Below are positions 1 to 11,278 of a DNA stretch of 64,000 bases, in pieces. The notes under the pieces are model-generated. The model saw only the letters and a program-made list of their open reading frames with translations. It was not told where the DNA came from and ran no database searches. Made by a program: the position numbers and the translations under genes. Position 1 is the stretch's first letter. Each line of letters begins with the position of its first letter. Location: positions 124,001 to 188,000 of the forward strand of contig NMRA01000030.1 of the NCBI GenBank assembly GCA_002633005.1. The letters are read 5' to 3'. The DNA is from Phoronis australis. Taxonomy: Eukaryota; Animalia; Phoronida.

Positions 1-860
1 CGGAAGCTGGTTATTCTAAAGTGACCTCATAGCACGGGACACACGACCTTCTTTGCGTGACCTTCAATAAACATCTTGCTGGATAGTTTGCTGATAATGA
101 CTCACTCTTTTATCGCCCATGTTTACATAACTAAATCAGTAAAACTTCAAGCGCTTTGAGAATTTTCGTTTCCAACCAACTATTCAATTTTTAGTTGAAA
201 ATAATTCGTACATTCAGACGCTACTTTAGTTTTTTGCATCTCTGTACTGTCCATGCCTGGCCGACATTCAAAGAACGCTCGACACAAGGTTTTGTTGGTT
301 TACCTTAGTCTGAGGTCAAACAGTCATGATCCCTGTGACCGGAGGCCGCACCGACTTAGCACCGTATACGAACAGAGTTTCCTAATATTGACTGTTTGGA
401 GATTAGTTTATTTTTAATTTAATTGCTCGCTTTCACCTTATGGCAAAGCGCGATTTGCGTTTTGGATAAAATGTCAAAACTCAGCTTACATCAAGGCGAC
501 GACGACGACGACGACTATAAACTGGTTCTCTTGCACCTGTTACTCGATTCCATGTGGCGCTTTCAACTGGTCAAATTTTGTTATTTATTGGCTTTGAAAT
601 AACATATTGTTGAAACGATTTCTACAACATGTGCCAATAATTTTAAACTGACAATTTTTAATAATTACTCGACGATGAGGTAGCTGGTCTATTTACTGAC
701 GGACGCTTTGGTGTTCCATTGAGTGATGCGAACAACTAGACATCCACAGGGGCTGTTGGACACTAAGTAGTTGGGAAAATCTGTGCATTCGAAAATGCAG
801 AATATTTGAACATGCAAGTACGTGCGTGTAAGAGAAACCTTTTGTTCATTAGTATAACCA

Positions 861-1001
861 CATGGGCGGCGCACCAGGGGCTGGGGGGGGCTATAGCCCC
901 CACTTTTTTCATTGCTGCGCCGCCCATGGTCTATGGGCGGTGCAGCACAGGGGGCTGGGGGGATATAGCCCTCCAGTTTTGTCAGTGCTGCGCCGCACAT
1001 G
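861..1001. mobile_element. Dimeric MITE (two ~70-bp TIR monomers), 5-bp TSD AACCA
   Basis: catgggcggcgca...tgcgccgcccatg-gtc-tatgggcgg...cgccgcacatg, flanked by aacca at 856-860 and 1002-1006. Confidence 0.8.
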
Positions 1002-2147
1002 AACCATCGCACTACACAATGCGCATGCGCATTACGATTTGAAACCAAATTTTTGCCTCATCTTAAGGTCAAAGACAAAAATAGCTGAAATGGTTTTCAA
1101 AACCTTTTTAAAGGTTTTGACAAATCTTTCGATATCTCATTAATTTGCCTTCTACTGAAATTTGTGTCTCCCAAGATTTCCCTTTCTTACTCTGTTTACG
1201 GATCTAAAATTGAACGTTTTCTGAGTCAAGGCTCCACATTATGGCAAAACACGAACTGGTCAGGCATGTGTACCACAAGTGTTTCCTTGAATAGCTTCGT
1301 TTACTGTCGTATTTTCCTGGTCAAATTTCCTTGTCTGGTCGCGTCATGTACATCCGGTTATTGGTTATTGAGGCCATTCACAAACGTACGCTTTTCTCTT
1401 GTTTCTAATAAAGTTGTTACATACTTACTTTTATTGAATAAATATTTTATAAGCTCGTCAACGAGCATTTTGTTTGACAAATTTAGTCAAAGCGTCCTTC
1501 CTCCTTTAGCATGACTAAATCTCTTTCGGTTTAACTTTGGATGGAAATGAAAATAATGAGTAACATGAAAGGTTCGTATCATTTTCATTTTCGTCCGAGA
1601 ACTTTCGCATTACCGAGTTAGGGACGGATTGACAAAACCTTGAACGTGTGTGTAATGCACTAGACTTTCAGTGCAAAGAAAATCAAGTACACCCGTTCGG
1701 TGAACAGCTCAAGCGCAATGAAGTGTTCAGTTACTGCTATAAGGGCGACGATTGTAAATGGGGGTTCATTAGCTAATAATGAATTAAGGATAAAATTTTA
1801 TATTAAAACATTGGTTGTGAACTGTTCAGTAACATCTTGTAGACTGATAATCATCTTTTGAAAAACGATTTTTCAAGACAACGCACTAATTGATAAATCG
1901 CTCAGTGCGCCACCTAAATGGTCACATGTTTTGTGCTGACGAGCACACTATTATAATCTTGAATGAAATTTTAATTATAATCATAAACCTGCATAAAGTA
2001 TAGGAGCAACATTTCATGTAAAATTCTAATAAAAGTTTCGTTTTAGCATATGTGTGTCTATACACAATATATTTTAAGCGTGAAGGATGACGTGTATTTC
2101 ATCATTTTATGCCGTACCAAATCCACGTTCATGAGGGTTTACATAAT

Positions 2148-3089
2148 AGAGAGGTTTCGCAAAGCGACGTGAACGCGAATTATCAAGCATTTACTATTCC
2201 TCGTCATATATGCGGTTGTTGGCTGTGACGTATCCCGATAGTGTTTGAGTATTTTACGCGAATACAGGAGGATTCGCGAAAAATGTGGCCCTTTTTCAAT
2301 TATTATTTGGTAGGACATCGAAAAGATTATTATTTTGATAGGGTTCTCAATCTTTCTTCTTTGCTTCAGTATCAAATGAACACGATTCTTTTGTCTTTAA
2401 ATGTTGTTAAAGTTTAGTTGCAAGAAAGCACTTTTTCCAAAATCCTTATTCTGCCAGGGTTAGCTGGATATCATCGAAGTAAAATGGATTTTTAACAGAT
2501 AAGAGTTTGTGTTGTTAATTTTTTACGTGCTTAATTTGCATGCATCTATATATTTTAAACTCCAAATAAATTTCGCATTCTAAGAGTTGACAATTTTTCG
2601 CAGGAGTTTGTAGAAACGACTTTTCCACATTCAAGACATAGTCATGGGCGCACCCAGGGGAGGGGGCTTGGGGGCTCGAAGGAGCCTCCCAATTTGGCGA
2701 ATTGGGCAAAAAGTTCCGCCTCAGCGAAACAAAAAGTTCGAGCAAATGAGACAAAAGTCCACAAAGTCCACAGGAATTCGGCACAGATGCAGAAGTCGTA
2801 GGTCTTTTTTTAGTCCTCATAGATTTTCTTCGGTAAAAGGTCAGCATAACGAGAAATTCGAGCCCCCCCTGTATTTTAGGCTGGGTGAGCGCATGATATT
2901 TCAGAATAGCGGATACGTTTTACAATAACTGGACACCCGGAGCTCAGTTATTTCGTTCACGTTTACTTTCACGCTCGCATAAAAATTTAGCTGTGGCGAA
3001 AACCATTTTTGTTACAGTAACGAGAATCGGCACTTGCAATTACGTAAACGTCATAATTCAAGTTCACGGCGCTTTGCGAAACCCTCTCT
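2148..3089. mobile_element. MITE with ~38-bp TIRs and AAT TSD, containing a nested MITE
   Basis: agagaggtttcgcaaagcgacgtgaacgcgaattat at 2148 versus reverse-complement ataattcaagttcacggcgctttgcgaaaccctctct ending 3089; aat on both sides. Confidence 0.75.
2643..2895 (+). mobile_element. CATG-terminated MITE nested in the 2148-3089 element
   Basis: TIR catgggcgcacccag / ctgggtgagcgcatg; flanks atagt/atatt (4 of 5 TSD match); a reverse partial copy lies at ~61815-62018. Confidence 0.7.
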
Positions 3090-3774
3090 AATGATAATAA
3101 AAATTCGTAGGCTTAGATGTCCCTTAGACGATCATCGTGCTATTTGCAAACACTGTGATTCAGTTTGCTGCTAATATTCAACTGCTATAGGTGCTGATTA
3201 ACTCGAGTAAAAAAATGAATTTGTCACTGATGCACTATTTAGTCGTCACGAATGCGCTATTTATTGTAAATCGCTCAAACAATCTGACTTGACGCAACGA
3301 TACTGAACGAACGGTAACGTTTTGACCTCGACGACCGGCTGAACTTGACGGCCGTTCAGCGGCCAACCAGTATCTGAATTATGCAATAAAAGTTGACGAC
3401 AATAATCTGTGTTCATATTCTAAATGTCATTTAATAATTTGTGACACTGGCATTATTTAAAACCGTTATAATAGGCGGAGCAAACGGCAGCACGGACAGC
3501 GATAATTCAAAGACTACATTGCATTATTTCAACAGGTTACGCCAAACCTCCATAATTCAGTGCTTTAAGGCAGATGCTTTCTACCTGGTTTGCAGTGCAA
3601 TCGTGCTTAATGAAAGGAGTCAATCATTGGCTTTTCACCCGTGTGTTATGCAACAGAATATGGTGCTGATCAAAAATTGGAACAGCCCCCTATCATTTGA
3701 GACAGATGCTTTCACGTGGAGTACATGTTGGTGGAAGTGAAAGAAACGATTTCAAGGCTGCGCCTCTAAGTTTT

Positions 3775-4330
3775 TGCTTCGATCACCTAAACCTCACTCC
3801 CAGACCAGCAAACACAAAACCTGCGCTACAAACTCCATTCAGTCACCCCTAAACTACACACACACTCCTAAAATGCCCCACACCTCAGTGGCGGATTTAG
3901 GGCGGCGGGGCCAAGGAGGCCATGCCCCCCCCCTAAAATTCACCCAGATACCATTTGGGGCAGTGAATGCACAATGCACAGGCCATGAACAAACCCCGTT
4001 TACCGTTTTTTTTTGTAATGAGGTCCACAAACCCAAATATTCGAGACCCCTGCATCCCTACATTCTAGGCTGGGCGCGCGCATGTGGCGAAATTGAGGTT
4101 ATTCCTGTGCCCTGCCCCCCCCCCAACTCAAAATCCAGGATCCGTCCCTGCACCCGGTGACAAACACTATATTCGGGACCAGATTCCACTGACAACTGCA
4201 TCCATGTCCCCGTCTGCAGTTTGATTCCCGGGTATGGAGTATTTTCGGAGCTAAGGGTCTCGGGCATGGAGTTTGTACCTGGGGTTTGGTGTTTGCTGGC
4301 GTGCGACTGTGGGTTATGGTATCGCAACTG
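3775..4330. mobile_element. Old foldback/MITE with ~110-bp imperfect inverted repeats, interrupted by a younger MITE
   Basis: ccagcaaacacaaaacctgcgctacaaactccat (~3805) versus atggagtttgtacctggggtttggtgtttgctgg (~4267). Confidence 0.6.
3886..4150. mobile_element. CAGTGGCGGAT-type MITE
   Basis: cagtggcggattt...ggatccgtccctg; flanks cacct/caccc. Related copies at 11141-11278 and ~60297-60537. Confidence 0.7.
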
Positions 4331-5652
4331 AAATACACGAGTCCTTGGTTTCGTCCACCATCTTGAATATTTGATATGGCAGAGTAAACAATCGATGCAC
4401 GTGCGTTTCTCACGTAAGTGGACGGGAGAGTAAGGTCTGCTCAAAGTAGCATTTTTTCGAAAAATATTGATTGTTCATTTTAAACCCGTTTTGGGCGGCA
4501 CCTCGAATAATCTAGTTCATTTTGGCTTGTCTCCAGGGGCCACACCCAGAGTGCAGACACCCTTTTTTGTATATACTGTGGGGCACTCTAAGTTCTCCCG
4601 TAGTGATGATCAGATGTTAGTACCTCGTTCATAAGCGCTTCCGGTCAATATGTTCTCGTACCAAAATCTGCTATTTTCTTCACCGACGTACGAATTTGTT
4701 CTTCCGAAGCTACGCCATTGCATTCTTATCCTTTGTTTGAATTGAACATGGTTCCATTGTGACGACACAAAAAATTCCATCCCAAGATGAGTCCGGCGAA
4801 AATATTCAACAGTTGTAATTTTCTGCACCCTGCTAGTATATTGGCGATACTAATTAAGAATACTGTAAATTCAATTAAGTTAAGCTTAAAGTTTTCCCGT
4901 TTTATATTACTACTGTTATTATATTAACTGCGCTGTATTTTAGTCAATATCCTACTAAACTGTGAATATTAGATAAGGAAGTGTGGACGTTCAAGTTTAC
5001 ATAGTTCTCAGCTAGTTGTGACCGTGGAACAGCAAACTGTATAATTATGTGTTAAAAGGCTGTTCCCCAATGCAATAATCTGTGTTCAATAGCGAGCACT
5101 TTCTCAATCTTACACAATATTGGTGCTAAATAAATGTGATGCGATGTTCAGAGTGACCGACAGTGGCCATATGACCGAGACACGATCGATTACGCAACAC
5201 ATCGCTTCACACGACCTTCCACTAAAGCTAGGGAGCGCTCATTACTCGAAAACAAGTTGTGTCAAATGGACGTCATAAAACAAAATAGATATTGTTAAGC
5301 AATGTTGCATGAAATACGTCTTTACATGTATTTGTGCATCATCATTCTTGTATTATATCATTTGTTCAAAATTATTTTGACCTAAAGTTTTTTTAAAGTT
5401 AAATCAGTAAGCATACCGTGTGTTAGCGTCTCGGCGCCGGGCGAAAGGCCCGAGGTATGACTGTGAAACGTAAAGGAATTTCTGTTTGATAGAAATTGAT
5501 ACGGGAACGGAGCAAGGCCCATGTTCTGACAGAAGCGCATCAAATATTTCAGTTACGCGTTGATGTTTCAGGTTGCAGAAAATTTCCGTTCATTGTTAAC
5601 GCAAAAATTCACCAGCTGCCCAAGTGAAAAAACCTGACACAAGCTGCTCCCG

Positions 5653-5906
5653 CACGTCAGCCAATCAGAGTGGACACCAATGTATCACTCCGCACCCAAC
5701 ATTAACGTCTGCGTTGTCATTACACGGAGGTAGTCGTAAGAACAGGTCACTTGCAGTTCATAACCCCTACCGGTCACTATAAAAGTCGGGGGATGACCAC
5801 ACTGGACTATTGTTATCAACTACGTTTTGTTGTGTGTGCAAGTCTGAACAACTCCATTCCACTGAATAACTTGAACTTCAACGGACAGAAGTAATTCTGC
5901 TTTACG
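5653..5906 (+). promoter_or_regulatory. Core promoter and probable non-coding first exon of the giant-like gene
   Basis: CACGTCA 5653-5659, AGCCAATCAG (NF-Y CCAAT box) 5659-5668, TATAAAAG 5778-5785. Candidate donor ACG|gtaggc at 5906/5907 pairs with the acceptor at 6439. Confidence 0.6.
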
Positions 5907-6448
5907 GTAGGCGTACTTGTATTATATCTTTAACGGAAAATCACGAAATGAGTTTAAAATCAAACATAATTGGATTTATTTACCTTTGTTTTTTAATATG
6001 TGCATATTTCGAGATATTGTCATTTCCAAGTAGTTGGGCGCTATTTGATTTAAAGTTAACGTACATGTCTCCGACCTTCGAGCGAGTCAGTCAACAACCC
6101 CACTAACGTATCGACCAGACGGTCTTACGCAATATTTGTTGTGCATCTATGTAAGGTTTTGCAATTGTCCCACTGGGAAGCGATTAAACTCGTTTCATGT
6201 TTGCAAAGTCGGTATCAGTGGCATAGGCGTTTGGACCGTAGTTTACGTTTTTGCTGCCCGTGTGACCAAAGTATGTATCGCAGTTCCGAAGACGGGACGT
6301 TCCTGTTTTACTTAACTGAAATGCAATCGTTTAATTTGTGTTCGTAGTGATACCTACATGCACGTTTAATTAAGTGATTAAATAATATGATTTATAGTCA
6401 TATGTATAACTAAGTTGTGTCTCGTTTCTATCTTTTCAGAGCGATAAG

Positions 6449-7207
6449 ATGAGTGCCGCTGTGGTTGACGTGGCATTAGATTTTTCCAAGACGAGTCCTC
6501 TCAGGAAGTTCGAGAAATCACGATCACCATCTCCAGTGCCCAGTGTGACGTCAGAGACTAACTCCCGCTCGGAATCGAGGTGTTCTGATCATCACGAAAG
6601 TGAACAATCCGGTGGCAAACCAGTGAATGCTATGAATTTGAATCCGTCGCGACACGGCAGTCTATCGAGTGAATGTTCCACCTCGTCCACGGAGCACAAC
6701 TCTGAATCGGCCACCCCTGCTCACAATCGCCCTTTCAAAATGTACCCTATGACAGATTCCGTCTCCGGCTGGTACCCAGGACTGTCTCCTTCAAGTACGG
6801 ACTTTTTGTCGGCATATTCCGCATCTGCTTCGGTGCCCTTTTCAACAACCCTATCCGGATCCTTAAACCCTTTATACGAAAGTGGACTCAGTGCTTTAAC
6901 CCTGCCCCTGTCAGCTATGCTCAGCAGAAAAAGGCCTCGTTTCCAGGACCCAGAAACGTCAGCGAAGAAGTCCCGACAACAGCCCCCCCTGGACTCGAGC
7001 AAAGATGAGACGTACTGGGAAAGACGACGCAAAAATAATGACGCGGCAAAAAGATCACGTGATTCGAGACGCCAGAAAGAAGAAGAAATTGCCATGAGAG
7101 CCGCATTTTTGGAACAAGAAAATTTAAAATTGAGGGCGCAAGTTGCGATATTAAAAAGTGAAACTGCCAAACTGCATTACATGTTATACAGCCGTAGTTG
7201 TAGCTAA
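6449..7207 (+). CDS. gt: PAR-family bZIP transcription factor, giant-like (giant/CES-2 group), 252 aa
   Basis: C-terminal basic-zipper KDETYWERRRKNNDAAKRSRDSRRQKEEEIAMRAAFLEQENLKLRAQVAILKSETAKL. Giant-type RPFKMYP motif (RPFKAYP in insect Giant) and N-terminal ALDFS (PxDLS-like CtBP motif). Acceptor tcttttcag ends at 6439, 9 nt before the ATG. Family is secure; exact orthology (giant vs CES-2-like) needs a tree. Confidence 0.88.
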   Translation: MSAAVVDVALDFSKTSPLRKFEKSRSPSPVPSVTSETNSRSESRCSDHHESEQSGGKPVNAMNLNPSRHGSLSSECSTSSTEHNSESATPAHNRPFKMYPMTDSVSGWYPGLSPSSTDFLSAYSASASVPFSTTLSGSLNPLYESGLSALTLPLSAMLSRKRPRFQDPETSAKKSRQQPPLDSSKDETYWERRRKNNDAAKRSRDSRRQKEEEIAMRAAFLEQENLKLRAQVAILKSETAKLHYMLYSRSCS

Positions 7208-10200
7208 AGTATGATTTCGTAGTAACAAGCAACATACAGACCCCGATCGTGTACAAACATTTACTCTAAGTGCTTACATGTGTTTAGCTGTGGATTACTT
7301 TTAGAAATCATGTAAATAATTTTCATTTTCAATTTGACTTCTTGTCCGTGATTGTGTACATATTTTATATAAAGCGTTTCCTGGTTTGGGTTTTAACAGA
7401 TTACGCAAGTCTACCTCATGTTTATGACTGAATGTGTTAATATTTCAAGAAAACTTTATATTTAACTGAAACAGTGCTAAGTGGTTACCGTGTTCATGTA
7501 ATGACGTTAAATTCTGGCTCTTTATTTTGAGCATTTGATCTGAACATTGTTTCGTGTTTTCTTTTAAATTCCAATTCAACGTGGAAAAAGGCATTGTTAG
7601 GATCAAGGTGTCGATGGTATTTGTTGTTAGGTTAAAGACTTCTTGTGACCTACTACGAAACAAAATTTGGAATCACATCCTCAAGTGTATTTCTTGAATG
7701 CGCTTGTATTGTGGTACATATATATATAAACATCACAAAGATTTGATTTAGACACTCCTATTTCAACTCATTTTTCTCTGCTTCGGAAAAAAGGGAAGTG
7801 TTAAAGATTCAAGCCAAGCTTGTAAAAATGTTAAGGGCTTATTATTATTATTATTGTTATTATTATTTATAGATGAAATAAACGATGCAAGTGAAACACG
7901 ATATTATAGTCTTGGCCGTGGGAACACAGGATAATCCACTCTTCTATATTCATGGATTATGAAATGACAGGTTAGAATAGAAAACAGTTGTTATGTGACT
8001 ATTGTTTGATGTTTTCTTAAACTTGGAATATTTGTGACAACTCTAGTCCACCAGTATCGTGCACAAAACTTAACAGTTGTCAGTACAACGGGAACATAAT
8101 AGTAGTTTTATGACATTCCTCTCTCTCTATTTTTCTCTGTTTCAATAGAGTACAGTAGTTACAAATGCAGAAAGAGGTGAATTGGTAAAAGTTAGTTTTG
8201 ACAAAATGCTAGGCAACAGGGAGATAAAGAGCGGACGGGACGAAGAGCTGCCATCTAACGGCTGTTGTAACTCCATAATAAACTCAATATTGTACAAAAT
8301 TCGATATTGTACAAACCAACACTGCTGATGCAGAGAACCTGAAGAAAACAGTACTCAAAAATACACGTGCACATTGCTTTAACCCTCATGAGATTTATAA
8401 AGCACACGGTTTTGGTAAAAAGGTAGTCACTCATCAGCGCTATGCCATTTCCAGAAGCATGGTTTGGATTTGAAACGTTAGAGGATTGGTTGGGTCGCCT
8501 TTCGGTCGTTCGCATTGGTGTAAAGGTTAGTTGAACAGAGTCCGCCAGAAATCACGTGCGATCCTTTGAATGTTGCCTTGAAGAGTCCTATAAAATGTGA
8601 ATTCCCGTTTTGTTGACAACCTACAACGCCAAAAATAGCTCAACCAATGACACGGTCTTTGAAACATTTCCATGATTTAAGTTGGATTTTCATCTCCAAT
8701 TATGTCATTCTGGGCGTCAGTAAGCAAAAAAGTGTCAGGTTGACCTACTCATCCGAAATTGAGCAGTTCCAAATGAACGGTTGGTGACCCTTCAGTTTCG
8801 TTAAATATTAAATACCGTAATCAGTGGCATGGGAAATTTTGAATGTGAAACTTGCGAGTGCTGATTTCGTGATTTTAAAGGTTTGGTTGTAACGGAATGA
8901 AATGCATCTTAAACATTTCAAACTTACGCCATCTTTCGGAAATATTGAACCATTGTGTATCACCCACTCTGCGACTTCCGCTTTCAACTTGTGACTTTTT
9001 TCGTAAAACCATTCTCTTTCTATCGTCATACGACAAAAGACACAAAGATATCTATGAAATTTTCACGAATTTCCTACTTAATTCAATCTGTTCATTTTCT
9101 CAAAAAAACGAGGTACACTTATTTTTGAGTTGTTTCTTACAGTTCATCACGAGAGGAATTGGTTGCGTGCTGTGTTTCTGAGTAACAGCGGGTGTAAAGA
9201 GGTTGTCGTCAAATTGCGTAACTCATTTCTGCAGTGATGTCGCAGTGTCCATCATGGCTGATTGATTAACGAACTTGGTGTAGAGGTTCAACAACCTATC
9301 ACTGCTAACTCATTGTCACACGATCACTGTTCAGTGATCAGTGGGGAAGAATTACGCACCTTCGGCAAGTAATTGTGGTCATAAATGAATCCAATGTTAA
9401 AAGGGGGACAAAATAAGAAACAACCTCATGATACAATGCAAATTTAAGGGTGTACATGTAGTTTAGTTTTAAAGGCCACTGTACACTATCATGAACTCGA
9501 GAAGTTAAACCGCCTGTCTACATAACAGCAAGACATTGTACTATATATCATGAATTCGTCAAGTTTGATCTGTGTAGATATGACTGCAGAACTTTCTTGA
9601 AAGTAGGCTTGTTATCAAAGAGATAACGACGAGTGAGGAAGGGGCTGAACTAGGCGACGAATGGAAAGGGAAAAGGTTTCCGCCGCAGAGCAGTCCATAA
9701 TCCCTCGCTTTTGAAAGACTTAGAAATACATTAATGCTGTCGTACCAAAATTTCGTTAAGAATTCGTAATGCTCGCTATTATGCTCAACTAGTGACATAA
9801 CCCGTGAAACAGGAATGTTAACCTAGTTATTGCTTACCGTCGTAAATGTTCAATAATATACTTTTGATTTTAAGTATTTTTCACTCTGTAGCTAAAGCAT
9901 TAAAGGCGTAAGCAACTCATTTCAAAAAGATGTGATCCTCTGCATCAGTGACCGTTGTCATTAGTCTGTGCCAAACTGACATCTCTAAGCTACGTAGTCT
10001 GGGTAAACAGACCGGCCTTCTTGCAATGTAAATGTACATACATGCAATAGAGTGTGGCGCAATAGCCCAGCCATTGTTACACAAGCTGTCGCAATATTTC
10101 GATCAGCTAGTAAGGGTTACTGACTCTTAGGGATTTCAGAGTTGAAGTAACCTGCAGCAATTCTTTACCCAACATTTGTAGAATTTAGTCCACATCCCCA

Positions 10201-11140
10201 ACGTTTTCCTGACCTATTTTGTGCGACCGACTGAGGGGTAGCCCACTCGTTTAGTTATATCGGGGAAAGGGTGCGGGTGAAAGCTTGAGAAGCGTGTAAC
10301 AATTAATTAAAGCAGGATTTTTTTGAAACTTTGTTATTTTTCTAACAATAATGCCTGTTTGTTGAACAAGCATTTGTTTGCTTGGAAATTTACGTTGTTG
10401 TTTTTTGGCCAGTAATGCAGCTCAGCCAGCGCGGAGTGTGTGCTCTCACTCTGAAACGGGAGAATCTCACTGTGTCATCGTCAGTGCGAATTCTCGCAAA
10501 ACGGCTTGAGTTCACACCCAGCATCGAAAGAAAGAGGCGCCGAACAAAATCCCCTCTCACTTGTTGCTGTCCAGAGTATGAAAATGTTGTTAGACAGGTA
10601 TTGCTCTATTAGCTCAGATATTATATCTATAATTAATATACTTGTCGTTAAACAGAAGTCTGCTTACTAGGTTCAATAATGCCAATGGCTTGCGCGGTGT
10701 TATCTTCGTAATGCTCACCCGGAATAAGTGGACGAGTGTCACACCTTCATACCTCACACCGCTGCACGCTTCGGCCGTGCTTCCTAATTCACCAGCAGTG
10801 TGAACTTTGTAAGCCCATTTTAAAGATCCTACACCCACAACTGCACCCTAAATGGTATGCTTAGGGCTGTTTATTGATATCAAAAATAGCTACTGGATGG
10901 CACAGAATACGGCGGTCACAGTCTTCTCTACAGACACACATCAGTCAATTTTCATAATGAGTCACGCAAAACACTAGGTGGCGCAAAACAGGACAAATCC
11001 GTCCGAAAATAGGAAGACTTCTTCGTTTCACATATTTACCAAATTTCAAGAAAATTCGACAAGGAACTTTGAAGATAAATAGCCAAACGCAAAAAAGAAA
11101 ATTACCACTAGGGAGCACAGCAGTATAGTCGTCATCTGTT

Positions 11141-11278
11141 CATGGGAGGATCCAGGATTTTGAGTTAGGGCCCGGGGGCAGAGCAGAAAGCCAGGATTTT
11201 GCCTGTCAGACATTCGAACCCCAGAACAGCATTTTAGGGGGGCATGGCCCCCTTTGCCCCCCTCTAAATCCGACACTG
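11141..11278. mobile_element. CAGTGGCGGAT-type MITE copy (reverse)
   Basis: catgggaggatccaggattttgagtt...ctaaatccgacactg, the reverse complement of the 3886-4150 ends. Confidence 0.6.

Noticed and set aside
689-1048. Overlapping ORFs on both strands
   Set aside because: Produced by the GC-rich dimeric MITE.
1080-1514. 116-aa ORF and a protein-like antisense frame
   Set aside because: No motif recognised and the antisense frame has several stops; cannot be supported.
6721-7256. Antisense ORFs over the bZIP gene
   Set aside because: Shadow frames with no recognisable homology.
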